This document shows, one piece after another, positions 8,601-17,349 of a stretch of 29,613 bases of DNA. Each line of letters opens with the position of its first letter. Position 1 is the first letter of the stretch. The notes under the pieces are model-generated. The model was not told the origin of the DNA. It made no database searches and worked only from the letters and a program-made list of their open reading frames with translations. This DNA is from an uncultured Candidatus Saccharibacteria bacterium (GTDB taxonomy: Bacteria > Patescibacteriota > Minisyncoccia > 2-02-FULL-40-12 > IGHO2-01-FULL-4-A), in the NCBI GenBank assembly GCA_964360715.1, contig CAYHYQ010000001.1, forward strand, positions 2,547-32,159, in the 5' to 3' direction. A program made the translations under genes and the position numbers.

Positions 8601-8770
8601 TTTAAAACCACAGTGATCTGTAGGCAAAACCCGAAGATGCAACCCCGGGGTTAGAGTAATACTGAGGTATACTCCAGTCGGAACCAGAATACCCGTCTGC
8701 GAAATTACTCCGATTAAGGCCAGCCAATAAAGGAAGGCCCTAATTGCCTACAGATCACTGCGGTTTTAAA
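8601..8770 (-). ncRNA. Candidate structured ncRNA (or MITE-like element), 170 nt
   Basis: Terminal inverted repeat 8601-8627/8744-8770 (26/27) enclosing several internal stems; six A-C oppositions on the plus strand become G-U on the minus strand. Confidence 0.55.
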
Positions 8771-8812
8771 GATAATAACCTCTTTAGAGGCAGTGTATAA
8801 AGTATAACTCAT

Positions 8813-9850
8813 ATGCAAAAATATGTCAAGAACTCCAATTCTGCGCGACCGGTAGCCGCCCAAACGACCGATGACGATATCGCTCTTGATCTAGCCCTGC
8901 GCCCCAGGGGTTTTGAGGAGTATATAGGTCAGGATAAGACCAAGCAAAACCTTGCCATATTGATTGCCGCGGCCAAAAAGCGGAATGAAGCACTTGAGCA
9001 CATACTTATCCATGGTCCCTCGGGTCTTGGCAAAACAACTTTGGCTTATATCATCGCCCGAGAATTTGGCGCGGGCATACGCATTACATCGGGTACCGCT
9101 TTAGAGAAAGCCGGTGATGTCGGTTCCATCCTAACTGGTCTTTCCGATGGCGATTTTTTGTTTATTGATGAAGTTCATCGTCTTAATAAGTCGGTTGAGG
9201 AAACACTTTATCCGGCGATGGAAAATTATACGCTCGACATCATTATTGGCAAAGGCGCCTCGGCAAAAACTCTGCAAGTCAAACTACCGCGCTTTACACT
9301 GATTGCCGCGACAACACGGCTTTCACTCTTATCCAATCCGTTCCGCACCCGCTTTGGCGCGCATTACAAACTCGATTTCTATGCAAACGCCGACATCGCT
9401 GAGATTGTAAGACGTTCGGCAATTATGCTGGACATTAAAATTGAAAACGAGGCCTTGCACTTAATCGCCGCGTCAGCGCGTGCGACACCCCGTATCGCCA
9501 ATCGGCTTTTAAAGCGCGTCCGCGACTACGCTCAAGTGTACGATATAGCACCCATCAATATTGAAGCCGTTACAAAAGCGCTCTCATTATTAGGTATTGA
9601 TTCGCTGGGACTCGATACGACGGACCGTAAAATCTTGTCCGTACTCGTGCAGATATTTAATGGCGGACCCGCCGGCCTGAAATCTATCGCCGCGGCAACC
9701 GGTGAGGAAGAAAGCACCGTTGAAGATGTTTATGAACCGTATCTCATGCAACTCGGTTTCTTGACGCGTTCAGCAAAGGGCAGGATAATTACAGATAGCG
9801 GTCGTGCGCATATCGGCGTCATAAATCCTGCACAGTCACGACTTATATAA
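8813..9850 (+). CDS. ruvB: Holliday junction branch migration ATPase RuvB
   Basis: LRPRGFEEYIGQ, HGPSGLGKTT, LFIDEVHRL, FTLIAATTR, TPRIANRLLKRVRD, EDVYEPYLMQLG. Confidence 0.98.
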   Translation: MQKYVKNSNSARPVAAQTTDDDIALDLALRPRGFEEYIGQDKTKQNLAILIAAAKKRNEALEHILIHGPSGLGKTTLAYIIAREFGAGIRITSGTALEKAGDVGSILTGLSDGDFLFIDEVHRLNKSVEETLYPAMENYTLDIIIGKGASAKTLQVKLPRFTLIAATTRLSLLSNPFRTRFGAHYKLDFYANADIAEIVRRSAIMLDIKIENEALHLIAASARATPRIANRLLKRVRDYAQVYDIAPINIEAVTKALSLLGIDSLGLDTTDRKILSVLVQIFNGGPAGLKSIAAATGEEESTVEDVYEPYLMQLGFLTRSAKGRIITDSGRAHIGVINPAQSRLI

Positions 9851-9852
9851 TT

Positions 9853-10128
9853 ATGACAATATTCACCACACTCTATAATCATATAAATTTTAGCATTGTG
9901 CTTTTTCTGTTTTTTCTGTGCCTTTATAGCATCGGCTCTTTTATGGTTCTTTATCACCTGATACGTTTCGGCATCGGTGTACCACCCAAAATTGTAGCTC
10001 TCGCCTACTTTATCGGTTCTGTTCTACTTTTATTCATGCTGGTTAGCGCGTATGCATTCGTTGACGTCTCAGATGCTAAACAGTTGTTACAGCAATGGTA
10101 TTCTACGAGCCAACAACCCTTCCGCTAA
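9853..10128 (+). CDS. Small hypothetical membrane protein (two TM segments)
   Basis: 91 aa, two hydrophobic stretches; starts 2 nt after the ruvB stop. Confidence 0.65.
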   Translation: MTIFTTLYNHINFSIVLFLFFLCLYSIGSFMVLYHLIRFGIGVPPKIVALAYFIGSVLLLFMLVSAYAFVDVSDAKQLLQQWYSTSQQPFR

Positions 10129-10129
10129 C

Positions 10130-10708
10130 ATGCTCGATATCATCACCCGCACAAAAAATACGTTTACCGGTCAACGCCCAGGCGAGCGTGTGATCTTAGT
10201 TCTGCGCCGGCATTGGTATATCTTGGCGTCAACTATTATTGCTCACAGCTTACTCTTGCTCTTGCCGGCATTGGTATACATTTTTGCGCGATCATATATA
10301 GCTCGCACGGGTTTAACATCTCTCTACGCGCTCGTGGTTATGATATACGTGCTTATCTGGTGGTACTCGTTGGCATATGCCGTCACCATGTATCTCTTGA
10401 ATGTCTGGGTCGTGACTGATCATCGTATCGTGACAAGTGAACAACATGGTTTCTTTAACCATATCGCCGCTGAACTTTCGCTTGGTAAAGTTCAAAATAC
10501 GTCCGCCGCGGTTACCGGTGTAATCGCCACAATGTTTAATTTTGGCGACGTCGAAATTGAGACCGCCTCGGAAGGTGGCCGTTTTATATTTCAAAAAATA
10601 CCGGCCGCCTATTCCGTCAAAGACATCATTATGCGTAGCGCCAGTGAGTACACTCAACAACATCAAAATAACCAGGAGCCGCACGGCCTTGGTTCTGGCG
10701 GTATATAA
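10130..10708 (+). CDS. Membrane protein with bacterial PH-like (bPH_2/DUF304-like) domain
   Basis: GERVILVLRRHW, two TM segments, WVVTDHRIV, GVIATMFNFGDVEIETA. Start moved to ATG 10130, 1 nt after the upstream stop. Confidence 0.75.
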   Translation: MLDIITRTKNTFTGQRPGERVILVLRRHWYILASTIIAHSLLLLLPALVYIFARSYIARTGLTSLYALVVMIYVLIWWYSLAYAVTMYLLNVWVVTDHRIVTSEQHGFFNHIAAELSLGKVQNTSAAVTGVIATMFNFGDVEIETASEGGRFIFQKIPAAYSVKDIIMRSASEYTQQHQNNQEPHGLGSGGI

Positions 10709-10714
10709 ACAGGC

Positions 10715-11452
10715 ATGACAATAACGAGCGCTGTACGAACACTCCTGACAGTCACAAGTACAGGTATTATTGCTCTCGGTGTTTTATGGTTTGCACATAA
10801 AACACCGGTGGCCGTATTTGAAACTGCGGCGATTTTTGTACCTCCAACGGCTAGTATCACTCTTACACCGGCAGGTACTATTGCGCCCTCTCAAGCATTA
10901 TCTGTCTTAACACCCAAGATTAGCATTTCTACATCAACACCTTCATTAACATCGCCTGTCATAATAGCCGCATCACCAACTCCAATACCCACCAGCAGTC
11001 CCACGCCGACAATAATCAAATTAACGCCTACAACTTCAAGAACGCCAACACCGACTATCACATTACCGCCACCAAGCGAGACGCCAACACCAGTAGTAAC
11101 TATAACCCCTACCGCCAATTCATCCCCATTGATAATTGAAACTTTTACGTCCGCAAGCAAGTTTGCACGAGGATCAACGTACACTATAACAGTTCGCTCA
11201 TTACCAAATGCCTCATGCTTTATTGAAGTATATCTACCTCTAACTGGAAATCAATCAAAATCGGCAGGAATCTGGGATAGCACAAATAACAAACCAATTA
11301 TGAACACTGTGGATGCCGAAGGAGCAACTACATGGGCATGGAAAGTCGGCTCCGCAACAAAGCTTGGCCTTGCAACAATTAAAGCAACCTGCGCGCTTGA
11401 AGATCAATCCGCTACCGAACAATTTCAAATAGAGATCATTGCGGCGCAGTAA
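10715..11452 (+). CDS. Membrane-anchored Thr/Pro-rich stalk protein with C-terminal Ig-like beta domain
   Basis: N-terminal TM segment, low-complexity TPTP region, C-terminal beta-rich domain with two Cys. Confidence 0.7.
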   Translation: MTITSAVRTLLTVTSTGIIALGVLWFAHKTPVAVFETAAIFVPPTASITLTPAGTIAPSQALSVLTPKISISTSTPSLTSPVIIAASPTPIPTSSPTPTIIKLTPTTSRTPTPTITLPPPSETPTPVVTITPTANSSPLIIETFTSASKFARGSTYTITVRSLPNASCFIEVYLPLTGNQSKSAGIWDSTNNKPIMNTVDAEGATTWAWKVGSATKLGLATIKATCALEDQSATEQFQIEIIAAQ

Positions 11453-11462
11453 ATCAATATAA

Positions 11463-12134
11463 ATTCACACCAACCTCATCGTTATTTGCGGATACGAACG
11501 CAGAGATTTTAGCGGAAATTTAAAGGAAAAAGCGTATCTAATTGGATTTCGTCTTGGCGATCTCCATGTCAGCAAAACACACCCTGATAGTCCAACAACG
11601 CGAATCAGTAGTAATAAGACCAAAGACGAACAGATTCGGCTTTTTGCTAAATTAATGAAACCCTACGGATACGTTGCCGTATACCCACGGGACAAAAATG
11701 GCGCAATCGCATCGAGATGTTATGTGAATTCTTCGTTTGACTTCCTTTTGAAAAAAGAAGATCGTGTAGAAGTATGGATTCAGAGTAAAAGAAGCTACTT
11801 CATGTCATTTTTGGGAGGATACATTGATGCGGAAGGAACTTTCTGCATCAATGCGGACAGGAGCCCCGTATTCTCGATCAAGAGTAACGACAAAAATATC
11901 TTATTTAGTATTCATGAAAACATACGCAAGCTAGAGATTCACAGTAATCCGCCCTACCTAGTTCGTAAGGCTGGCTCTTATAACAACGGAATTCGTTCAA
12001 ATCGAGATGTATATGGATATTTTATGTATACGAGAGATTCATTAAAAAAATTAATTATTGCCATATTGCCGTATTTACAACACCAAAAACGCAGAGGTGA
12101 TGCCCTTAATGTATTAAATTATGTCAGGCCATAG
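11463..12134 (+). pseudogene. Two-motif LAGLIDADG homing-endonuclease-like gene, 5'-truncated (no canonical start)
   Basis: The frame of ORF 11655..12134 is open back to a TAA at 11460-11462 and encodes DFSGNLKEKAYLIGFRLGDLHV (motif 1) upstream of FLGGYIDAEGTF (motif 2). It overlaps the yebC start by 14 nt. Confidence 0.7.
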
Positions 12135-12837
12135 CCGCTGGAGTCAGATAAAACACCAAAAGGGGGCGGCGGATGCCAAGAAAGGGCAGCTTTTTAGCAA
12201 GATGGGTAAGCTGATTGCGATTGCGGCCAAAAAGGGCGCTGATCCAGATAGTAATCCAACCCTTGCGGGTATGATTGAACGCGCCCGGGCGGTTAATATG
12301 CCCAAAGACAACATCGAACGTGCTATCCAGCGCGGCCAAGATGTGACCGCGACGGAATTGCGCAGTGTTGTGTATCAAGCGCTGGGTCCGGAAGGTGTCG
12401 CTCTCGTTATTGAAGCGATCACGGATAACAACAACCGAACATTCAATGAAGTGCGCATGATCTTAGCAAAACACAGAGCTAAACTTGCGGTTGAGGGCTC
12501 CTTGAATTGGCTTTTTGATCGCCTCGCCGTTGTCGCCGCAAATGGCGCCCCATTAAACGACGACCAACAACTGTTTCTGATTGAAGTTGGTGCCATTGAT
12601 ATTACTGTTGAACCGGAAGGTATTACGGTAACCGGCGCGCCGGAAAGTTTACATGCTTTACAAGGAGCATTGCGCACATACGGCTTTACCCTTGCTTCGG
12701 CGGCAGTCGAATACATCGCCCGAAAATATTTGAGTGTAAATCCAGTAGCATGTGTCGCCATTACTAAATTGCGAACCGATCTTGAAGACCATGCTGATAT
12801 TGAGGCCGTATTTACAAACATGGCGTCCCCTAAATAA
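12121..12837 (+). CDS. yebC: YebC/PmpR family DNA-binding regulator / translation factor
   Basis: MSGHSRWSQIKHQKG, PKDNIERAI, GPEGVALVIEAITDN. Confidence 0.96.
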   Translation: MSGHSRWSQIKHQKGAADAKKGQLFSKMGKLIAIAAKKGADPDSNPTLAGMIERARAVNMPKDNIERAIQRGQDVTATELRSVVYQALGPEGVALVIEAITDNNNRTFNEVRMILAKHRAKLAVEGSLNWLFDRLAVVAANGAPLNDDQQLFLIEVGAIDITVEPEGITVTGAPESLHALQGALRTYGFTLASAAVEYIARKYLSVNPVACVAITKLRTDLEDHADIEAVFTNMASPK

Positions 12838-12843
12838 TTATTT

Positions 12844-13317
12844 ATGATAATTCTTGGTATTGATCCCGGCACATCGTTAATAGGGTATGGCATCATCGAA
12901 ACTCTTCGCAATGGTTATCGGGCGGTTACTTATGGTACCTGCGTTACCCCGCCGCGCATTGATGCTTATGAACGATTGCCTTTAATTCAGGATTTCTTTA
13001 CGAAAATAATCAAAAAATATAAACCCGAGCATATTGGTTTGGAACAGTTATTTTTCAGTAGAAATGTTTCGACTGCCATGGGTGTCAGCGAAGTGCGTGG
13101 CGTACTAATCGCATTGGCGGCGCAGTATGGTATTCCGATTTCCCAATTTACACCGCCGCAGGTCAAACGTGCCGTCAGCGCCTCTGGCGCCGCCGGCAAA
13201 CAACAAGTGCAAGCCATGGTAAAATTAATCCTTTCTTTAAAAGAAATCCCGAAACCGGATGATGCCGCCGATGCGTTGGCTATTGCAATTTGTTCAGCCA
13301 ATACTATAGTTGAGTAA
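12844..13317 (+). CDS. ruvC: Crossover junction endodeoxyribonuclease RuvC
   Basis: ILGIDPGT, EQLFF, P-x-QVK, PDDAADALAIA catalytic motifs. Confidence 0.96.
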   Translation: MIILGIDPGTSLIGYGIIETLRNGYRAVTYGTCVTPPRIDAYERLPLIQDFFTKIIKKYKPEHIGLEQLFFSRNVSTAMGVSEVRGVLIALAAQYGIPISQFTPPQVKRAVSASGAAGKQQVQAMVKLILSLKEIPKPDDAADALAIAICSANTIVE

Positions 13318-13414
13318 TTAAAAATTAGTACTCCGTATCTATGACGCTCTGGCTGCCGTTTGGAACCAGAGCTTACAGCCACGGATCTGTAGAATGTTAG
13401 ACGAATATAGCAAC

Positions 13415-13624
13415 ATGTTTTTTATAAAAGAAATTGAAGACGCCAATGAAGATGCAGAGGATAAGAAACATAAGTATGCCGACAAAGAGGATGAGGTTGC
13501 AGAAGAAGAGATAGACGAGGATGAAGAAGATGATGACGATGACAAGGATGAGACAGAAGAGGGTGAAGAAAAAGAAGAGACACTCTACGGTACCGAGGAT
13601 ACGCTAGCTAACTCGCTAGAATAA
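13415..13624 (+). CDS. Small, highly acidic, low-complexity protein (35 of 69 residues Asp/Glu)
   Basis: Fills the ruvC-tyrS gap; purine-rich GAA/GAT codons; TAGAAT at 13390-13395 upstream and a terminator downstream. Confidence 0.6.
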   Translation: MFFIKEIEDANEDAEDKKHKYADKEDEVAEEEIDEDEEDDDDDKDETEEGEEKEETLYGTEDTLANSLE

Positions 13625-13630
13625 CCATCA

Positions 13631-13658
13631 TAAAACTGCGCTCCGCGGCGCAGTTTTA
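13631..13658. terminator. Bidirectional terminator between the acidic ORF and tyrS
   Basis: TAAAACTGCGC-TCCGCG-GCGCAGTTTTA perfect 11-bp stem with A/T runs on both sides. Confidence 0.8.
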
Positions 13659-13663
13659 TTAAT

Positions 13664-14857
13664 TTAAACGACCACACGAACGAATCTTCGTTTACCTATT
13701 TTTAAAGTTACTGTAGTGCTGGGCATAAAACCAACATTAGTAACCCTAATACCTTGATCGGTATGCACAGCTCCTTCTTCTATTAGTCGCCGCCATTCTG
13801 TCTTGGAAGTCACTACGCCAACCTCTATGAGTTTATCAACTATGGGTGCTCCCGAAAGATCTATTGTGATTACGTCTTCTGGGATAGCTCCTTTTTGAAA
13901 AGTTTCTATAAAAACCTGCTCGGCTGTATGAGCCGCATCTTCGCCATAAAACTTTTTTACAATTTCAAAAGCAACCATGGCCTTCGCCATCCGCGGCCCC
14001 AAAGCGTTAATCGTGTCTTTCTCATTAAGCGGTATCCGTGTGCAATTTATAAACAAGACATCAATCATCTCATCCGGCTGTGCCATAATAGCGCCGTACA
14101 TTTCATTGGGCGGTGATGACAGGAATACTCCCGTACCTAAACTTTTAGACATCAGCGCTCCTGTTTTCGGATTCTCCATTAGATTGACTGCCACTACAAA
14201 CTTATCTTTATTGTGTAATCGTTTCAATAACAATCTACCTGCCAAAGCATTGAAGATTTGATCTGTACCACAGAGTTCGATATCTACATCTAGTGCAACA
14301 CTGTCATACCCCTGCATTAAGGGATATAAGAATTCGTGAAGGTATATTGGGATACTGCTATTCCAACGTTTTTCAAACATATCGCGCTCCATCATCTGTT
14401 GGACGGTAAAGTTTGATGCAAGAGAAACGACATCTTTAAAAGACAATTTAGAAAGCCACGTGCCATTATAAACAATCCGGGGTGGATTTTGTTTATCAGA
14501 AAAATCCATTAATGGTTTTATTTGCGTAAGCCAATCTTCAACATTCTTTTTAACATCTTCTTCGTTTAATTGTTTACGCGTGGTGCTTTTGCCAGTCGGA
14601 TCACCTATCTGCGCAGTAAAATCACCGACTAGAATAATTACTTCGTGACCAAGTTGGCGCAACTCCTCTAAAAACATGTAATTTTTGGCATGACTTAGAT
14701 GAAGTGCATTTGATGTGGGGTCTGCGCCAATATAAATCTTTAATTTTTCACCTGACATTAATTTGTTCATGAGCTCATCGCGTGATGGCAAAACCTCAGA
14801 GACCACACCTCTGTCGAATATTTCTTTTATTACATTTTTATCAGTAATTATAGGCAT
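13664..14857 (-). CDS. tyrS: Tyrosine--tRNA ligase
   Basis: YIGADPT...HLSH (HIGH-like), GDFTAQIGDPTG, YPLMQGYD, GTDQ, LMSKS, C-terminal S4-like LKIGKRRF. Confidence 0.97.
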   Translation of the reverse strand: MPIITDKNVIKEIFDRGVVSEVLPSRDELMNKLMSGEKLKIYIGADPTSNALHLSHAKNYMFLEELRQLGHEVIILVGDFTAQIGDPTGKSTTRKQLNEEDVKKNVEDWLTQIKPLMDFSDKQNPPRIVYNGTWLSKLSFKDVVSLASNFTVQQMMERDMFEKRWNSSIPIYLHEFLYPLMQGYDSVALDVDIELCGTDQIFNALAGRLLLKRLHNKDKFVVAVNLMENPKTGALMSKSLGTGVFLSSPPNEMYGAIMAQPDEMIDVLFINCTRIPLNEKDTINALGPRMAKAMVAFEIVKKFYGEDAAHTAEQVFIETFQKGAIPEDVITIDLSGAPIVDKLIEVGVVTSKTEWRRLIEEGAVHTDQGIRVTNVGFMPSTTVTLKIGKRRFVRVVV

Positions 14858-14949
14858 TGTATTAATCGTAAGTTTCCTAAAATATACTCTTTTATTCGTA
14901 TCTGGCCAATATTGTGTGATAAGCCATTTTATGGCACAATACTCAAACT

Positions 14950-17097
14950 ATGGCTCAAAAGGCGGCACGCCACGCAACTAAACGTTATAAAAATATATTA
15001 CTCGGCCTTTTTAGCGCCTGTATTGTTGGACTCGTGATTGGTATTCTTGTATTTTTATACTATGCCAGTCAAATTCCCGACCCCTCTATACTTTCGGCCA
15101 GACGCATCAGTGAATCAACAAAAATTTATGACAGCACCGGTACTGTATTGCTTTATGATATTCACGGTGAAGAAAAACGCACCATTATACCCTGGGAAGA
15201 TATCCCTAGCTCTATAAAAAACGCGACACTCGCGGCGGAAGATAATGATTTTTATAAACATAAAGGCATTGATATTCGAGGTATTCTGCGGGCTTTCTAT
15301 AAAGATGTTACGAGTTTAAGTGCCTCCCAGGGCGGTTCCACGATTACACAACAGTTAATCAAAAAATCTTTATTAGGCGATGAAAAAACTTTAGCGCGTA
15401 AAGTAAAAGAGATAGTTCTCTCAATCCAGGTTGAGCGTAATTTTTCCAAGGATTATATCTTCTGGATGTATTTAAACCAGATCCCCTACGGTTCCAACAC
15501 ATATGGCATTGAAGCGGCAAGCCAGACATATTTTGGCAAAAATACAAAAGGATTGACCCTTGCTGAAGCGGCCACGCTTGCCAGTATGCCCAAGGCACCG
15601 ACGTATTATTCACCCTATGGCAATCATGTTGATCAACTCTTGGCACGTCGTAATTCCGTCCTCAGTCGCATGAAAACTCTTGGTATGATTGATGAGGATG
15701 AATATCTTAAATCCTCCAAAGAAGAGCTTGTAGCGAGACCGATCCGTGATGCCATTATTGCGCCTCATTTTGTGATTATGGTGCGTTCGTATCTCGAGGA
15801 AAAATACGGCAAAGATATGATTGAAAATGGTGGTCTAACCGTAACAACCACGCTCGATGCGAAGTTACAAGCCCTCGCTGAAGCAGTTGTAACCAAATAT
15901 GGCAAGATAAATGCCGAGCGTTATAAAGCAACCAACGCGGCATTGGTTACCCTTGATCCGCGTGACGGCTCTGTAAAAGCGCTTGTTGGTTCACGTGATT
16001 ATTTTGATGTTGAGCATGAGGGTAATTTCAATGTGGCCACGGGTTTTCGCCAACCGGGCTCTTCGTTTAAACCCTTTGCGTATGCCACGGCTTTTAGCCG
16101 GGGATTCACTGATTCAACGATATTATTCGACCTTCCAACTGAGTTTAATCCGAACTGCGACCCCGCAACGACGCAAACAGCGTATCGTAACGAAAAATGT
16201 TACCATCCCGGTAATTATGATGGGCGCTTCCGTGGTCCGGTTACCATGCGCCAATCATTAGCCCAGTCACTAAATGTACCGTCCGTGCAAACACTCTATC
16301 TTGCGGGTATTGATGACACAATTGAGACGGCACATGCACTGGGAATCACAACTCTAAATGATCGCTCACGTTTGGGATTATCCCTTGTACTCGGTGGCGG
16401 TGAAGTGCGTTTACTTGATATGGTAAGTGCTTACGGCGTTTTCGCGAATGACGGCGTGCGTGTGCCAACCGGCATTGTACAAAAAATTGTTGGTCGCAAC
16501 GGTGTTATCCTTGAAGAACGCCAACACACAGAACAAACGGTAATGAATTCCGGTGTTGCGCGAATCCTTAATGATATTCTGTCAGACAACAATACGCGTG
16601 GGCCTGTATTTGGCTACACAAGCCCTCTTTATTTTCCAGACCGCCCAGTGGCCGCAAAGACCGGTACAACGCAGGAGAATCGAGACGGGTGGCTTGTGGG
16701 CTATACGCCGACACTCGTAACCGGTGTCTGGACTGGTAATAACGATAACACTTCAATGACACGCCAAGGCGCCGGTGTCTCGGCGGCCGGACCGATGTGG
16801 CATGAATTTATGACCCAAGCTTTTCGTGGAACACCAGTTGCTTTATTTACTAAACCAAACCCCATAGAAACCGGAAAAATAATGCTTAACGGTGAATATA
16901 TCGGCCCGGAGGGTATTCACTCAACTTTGTATTATATTAATCGTGATAACCCAGCCGGTTCACGACCGGATAATCCCTACATGGATCCTCAATTTAAAAA
17001 TTGGGAGACCGCGGTTCAGAATTGGGTTAATAGCACTTTTGGACAAACTCCGATATTGCCTGACGCGATTATAATATCACCAACGCCGACACCGTAA
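14950..17097 (+). CDS. mrcA: Class A penicillin-binding protein (PBP1A family)
   Basis: TM anchor; transglycosylase motifs AEDNDF, GGSTITQQL, RKVKE, YLNQIPYG; transpeptidase motifs PGSSFKP (SxxK), SLN (SxN), KTGT. Confidence 0.93.
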   Translation: MAQKAARHATKRYKNILLGLFSACIVGLVIGILVFLYYASQIPDPSILSARRISESTKIYDSTGTVLLYDIHGEEKRTIIPWEDIPSSIKNATLAAEDNDFYKHKGIDIRGILRAFYKDVTSLSASQGGSTITQQLIKKSLLGDEKTLARKVKEIVLSIQVERNFSKDYIFWMYLNQIPYGSNTYGIEAASQTYFGKNTKGLTLAEAATLASMPKAPTYYSPYGNHVDQLLARRNSVLSRMKTLGMIDEDEYLKSSKEELVARPIRDAIIAPHFVIMVRSYLEEKYGKDMIENGGLTVTTTLDAKLQALAEAVVTKYGKINAERYKATNAALVTLDPRDGSVKALVGSRDYFDVEHEGNFNVATGFRQPGSSFKPFAYATAFSRGFTDSTILFDLPTEFNPNCDPATTQTAYRNEKCYHPGNYDGRFRGPVTMRQSLAQSLNVPSVQTLYLAGIDDTIETAHALGITTLNDRSRLGLSLVLGGGEVRLLDMVSAYGVFANDGVRVPTGIVQKIVGRNGVILEERQHTEQTVMNSGVARILNDILSDNNTRGPVFGYTSPLYFPDRPVAAKTGTTQENRDGWLVGYTPTLVTGVWTGNNDNTSMTRQGAGVSAAGPMWHEFMTQAFRGTPVALFTKPNPIETGKIMLNGEYIGPEGIHSTLYYINRDNPAGSRPDNPYMDPQFKNWETAVQNWVNSTFGQTPILPDAIIISPTPTP

Positions 17098-17347
17098 AAC
17101 CTTCTTTCGACAGCGAGTGTATCAGTGTTTCGCGTATAATATATAATTCGCTAGCTACCGCTTTTGAATTTACTGATATAAAAATAGTTTTATTTTTATA
17201 GATGATTTTTTTAATTGCCGTAAGCGGAAATAATGGATTATTAACGACACACGCCGCTAAAAATATTTTCTCTATTTTATTTGAATCACCTTGCTGGATT
17301 TTTATGCTTAGCGCCTTTTTTTGAAATGTTTTTTGAAGAGAATCCAC
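17069..17347 (-). CDS. Small protein resembling the DciA/DUF721 family
   Basis: 92 aa, starts 2 nt after the dnaN stop; IFISVNSKAVASEL resembles the DUF721 L-x-I-x-V-x-S...A-x-EL pattern. Confidence 0.5.
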   Translation of the reverse strand: MDSLQKTFQKKALSIKIQQGDSNKIEKIFLAACVVNNPLFPLTAIKKIIYKNKTIFISVNSKAVASELYIIRETLIHSLSKEGFTVSALVIL

Positions 17348-17349
17348 AA

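Noticed and set aside
8601-8770. Retron msr-msd ncRNA (long terminal IR followed by TTAG on the minus strand) or c-di-GMP riboswitch
   Set aside because: No reverse transcriptase in the window and no long msd hairpin; the GEMM core motifs do not match in order.
13346-13380. Mutually exclusive pairings GCTCTGG/CCAGAGC and GGCTG/CAGCC suggesting a switch
   Set aside because: The stems are short and lie upstream of the likely -10 box; this may simply be a ruvC terminator-like hairpin.
13339-13545. Poly-Ser minus-strand ORF
   Set aside because: It is the reverse-complement shadow of the GAA/GAT-rich acidic ORF.
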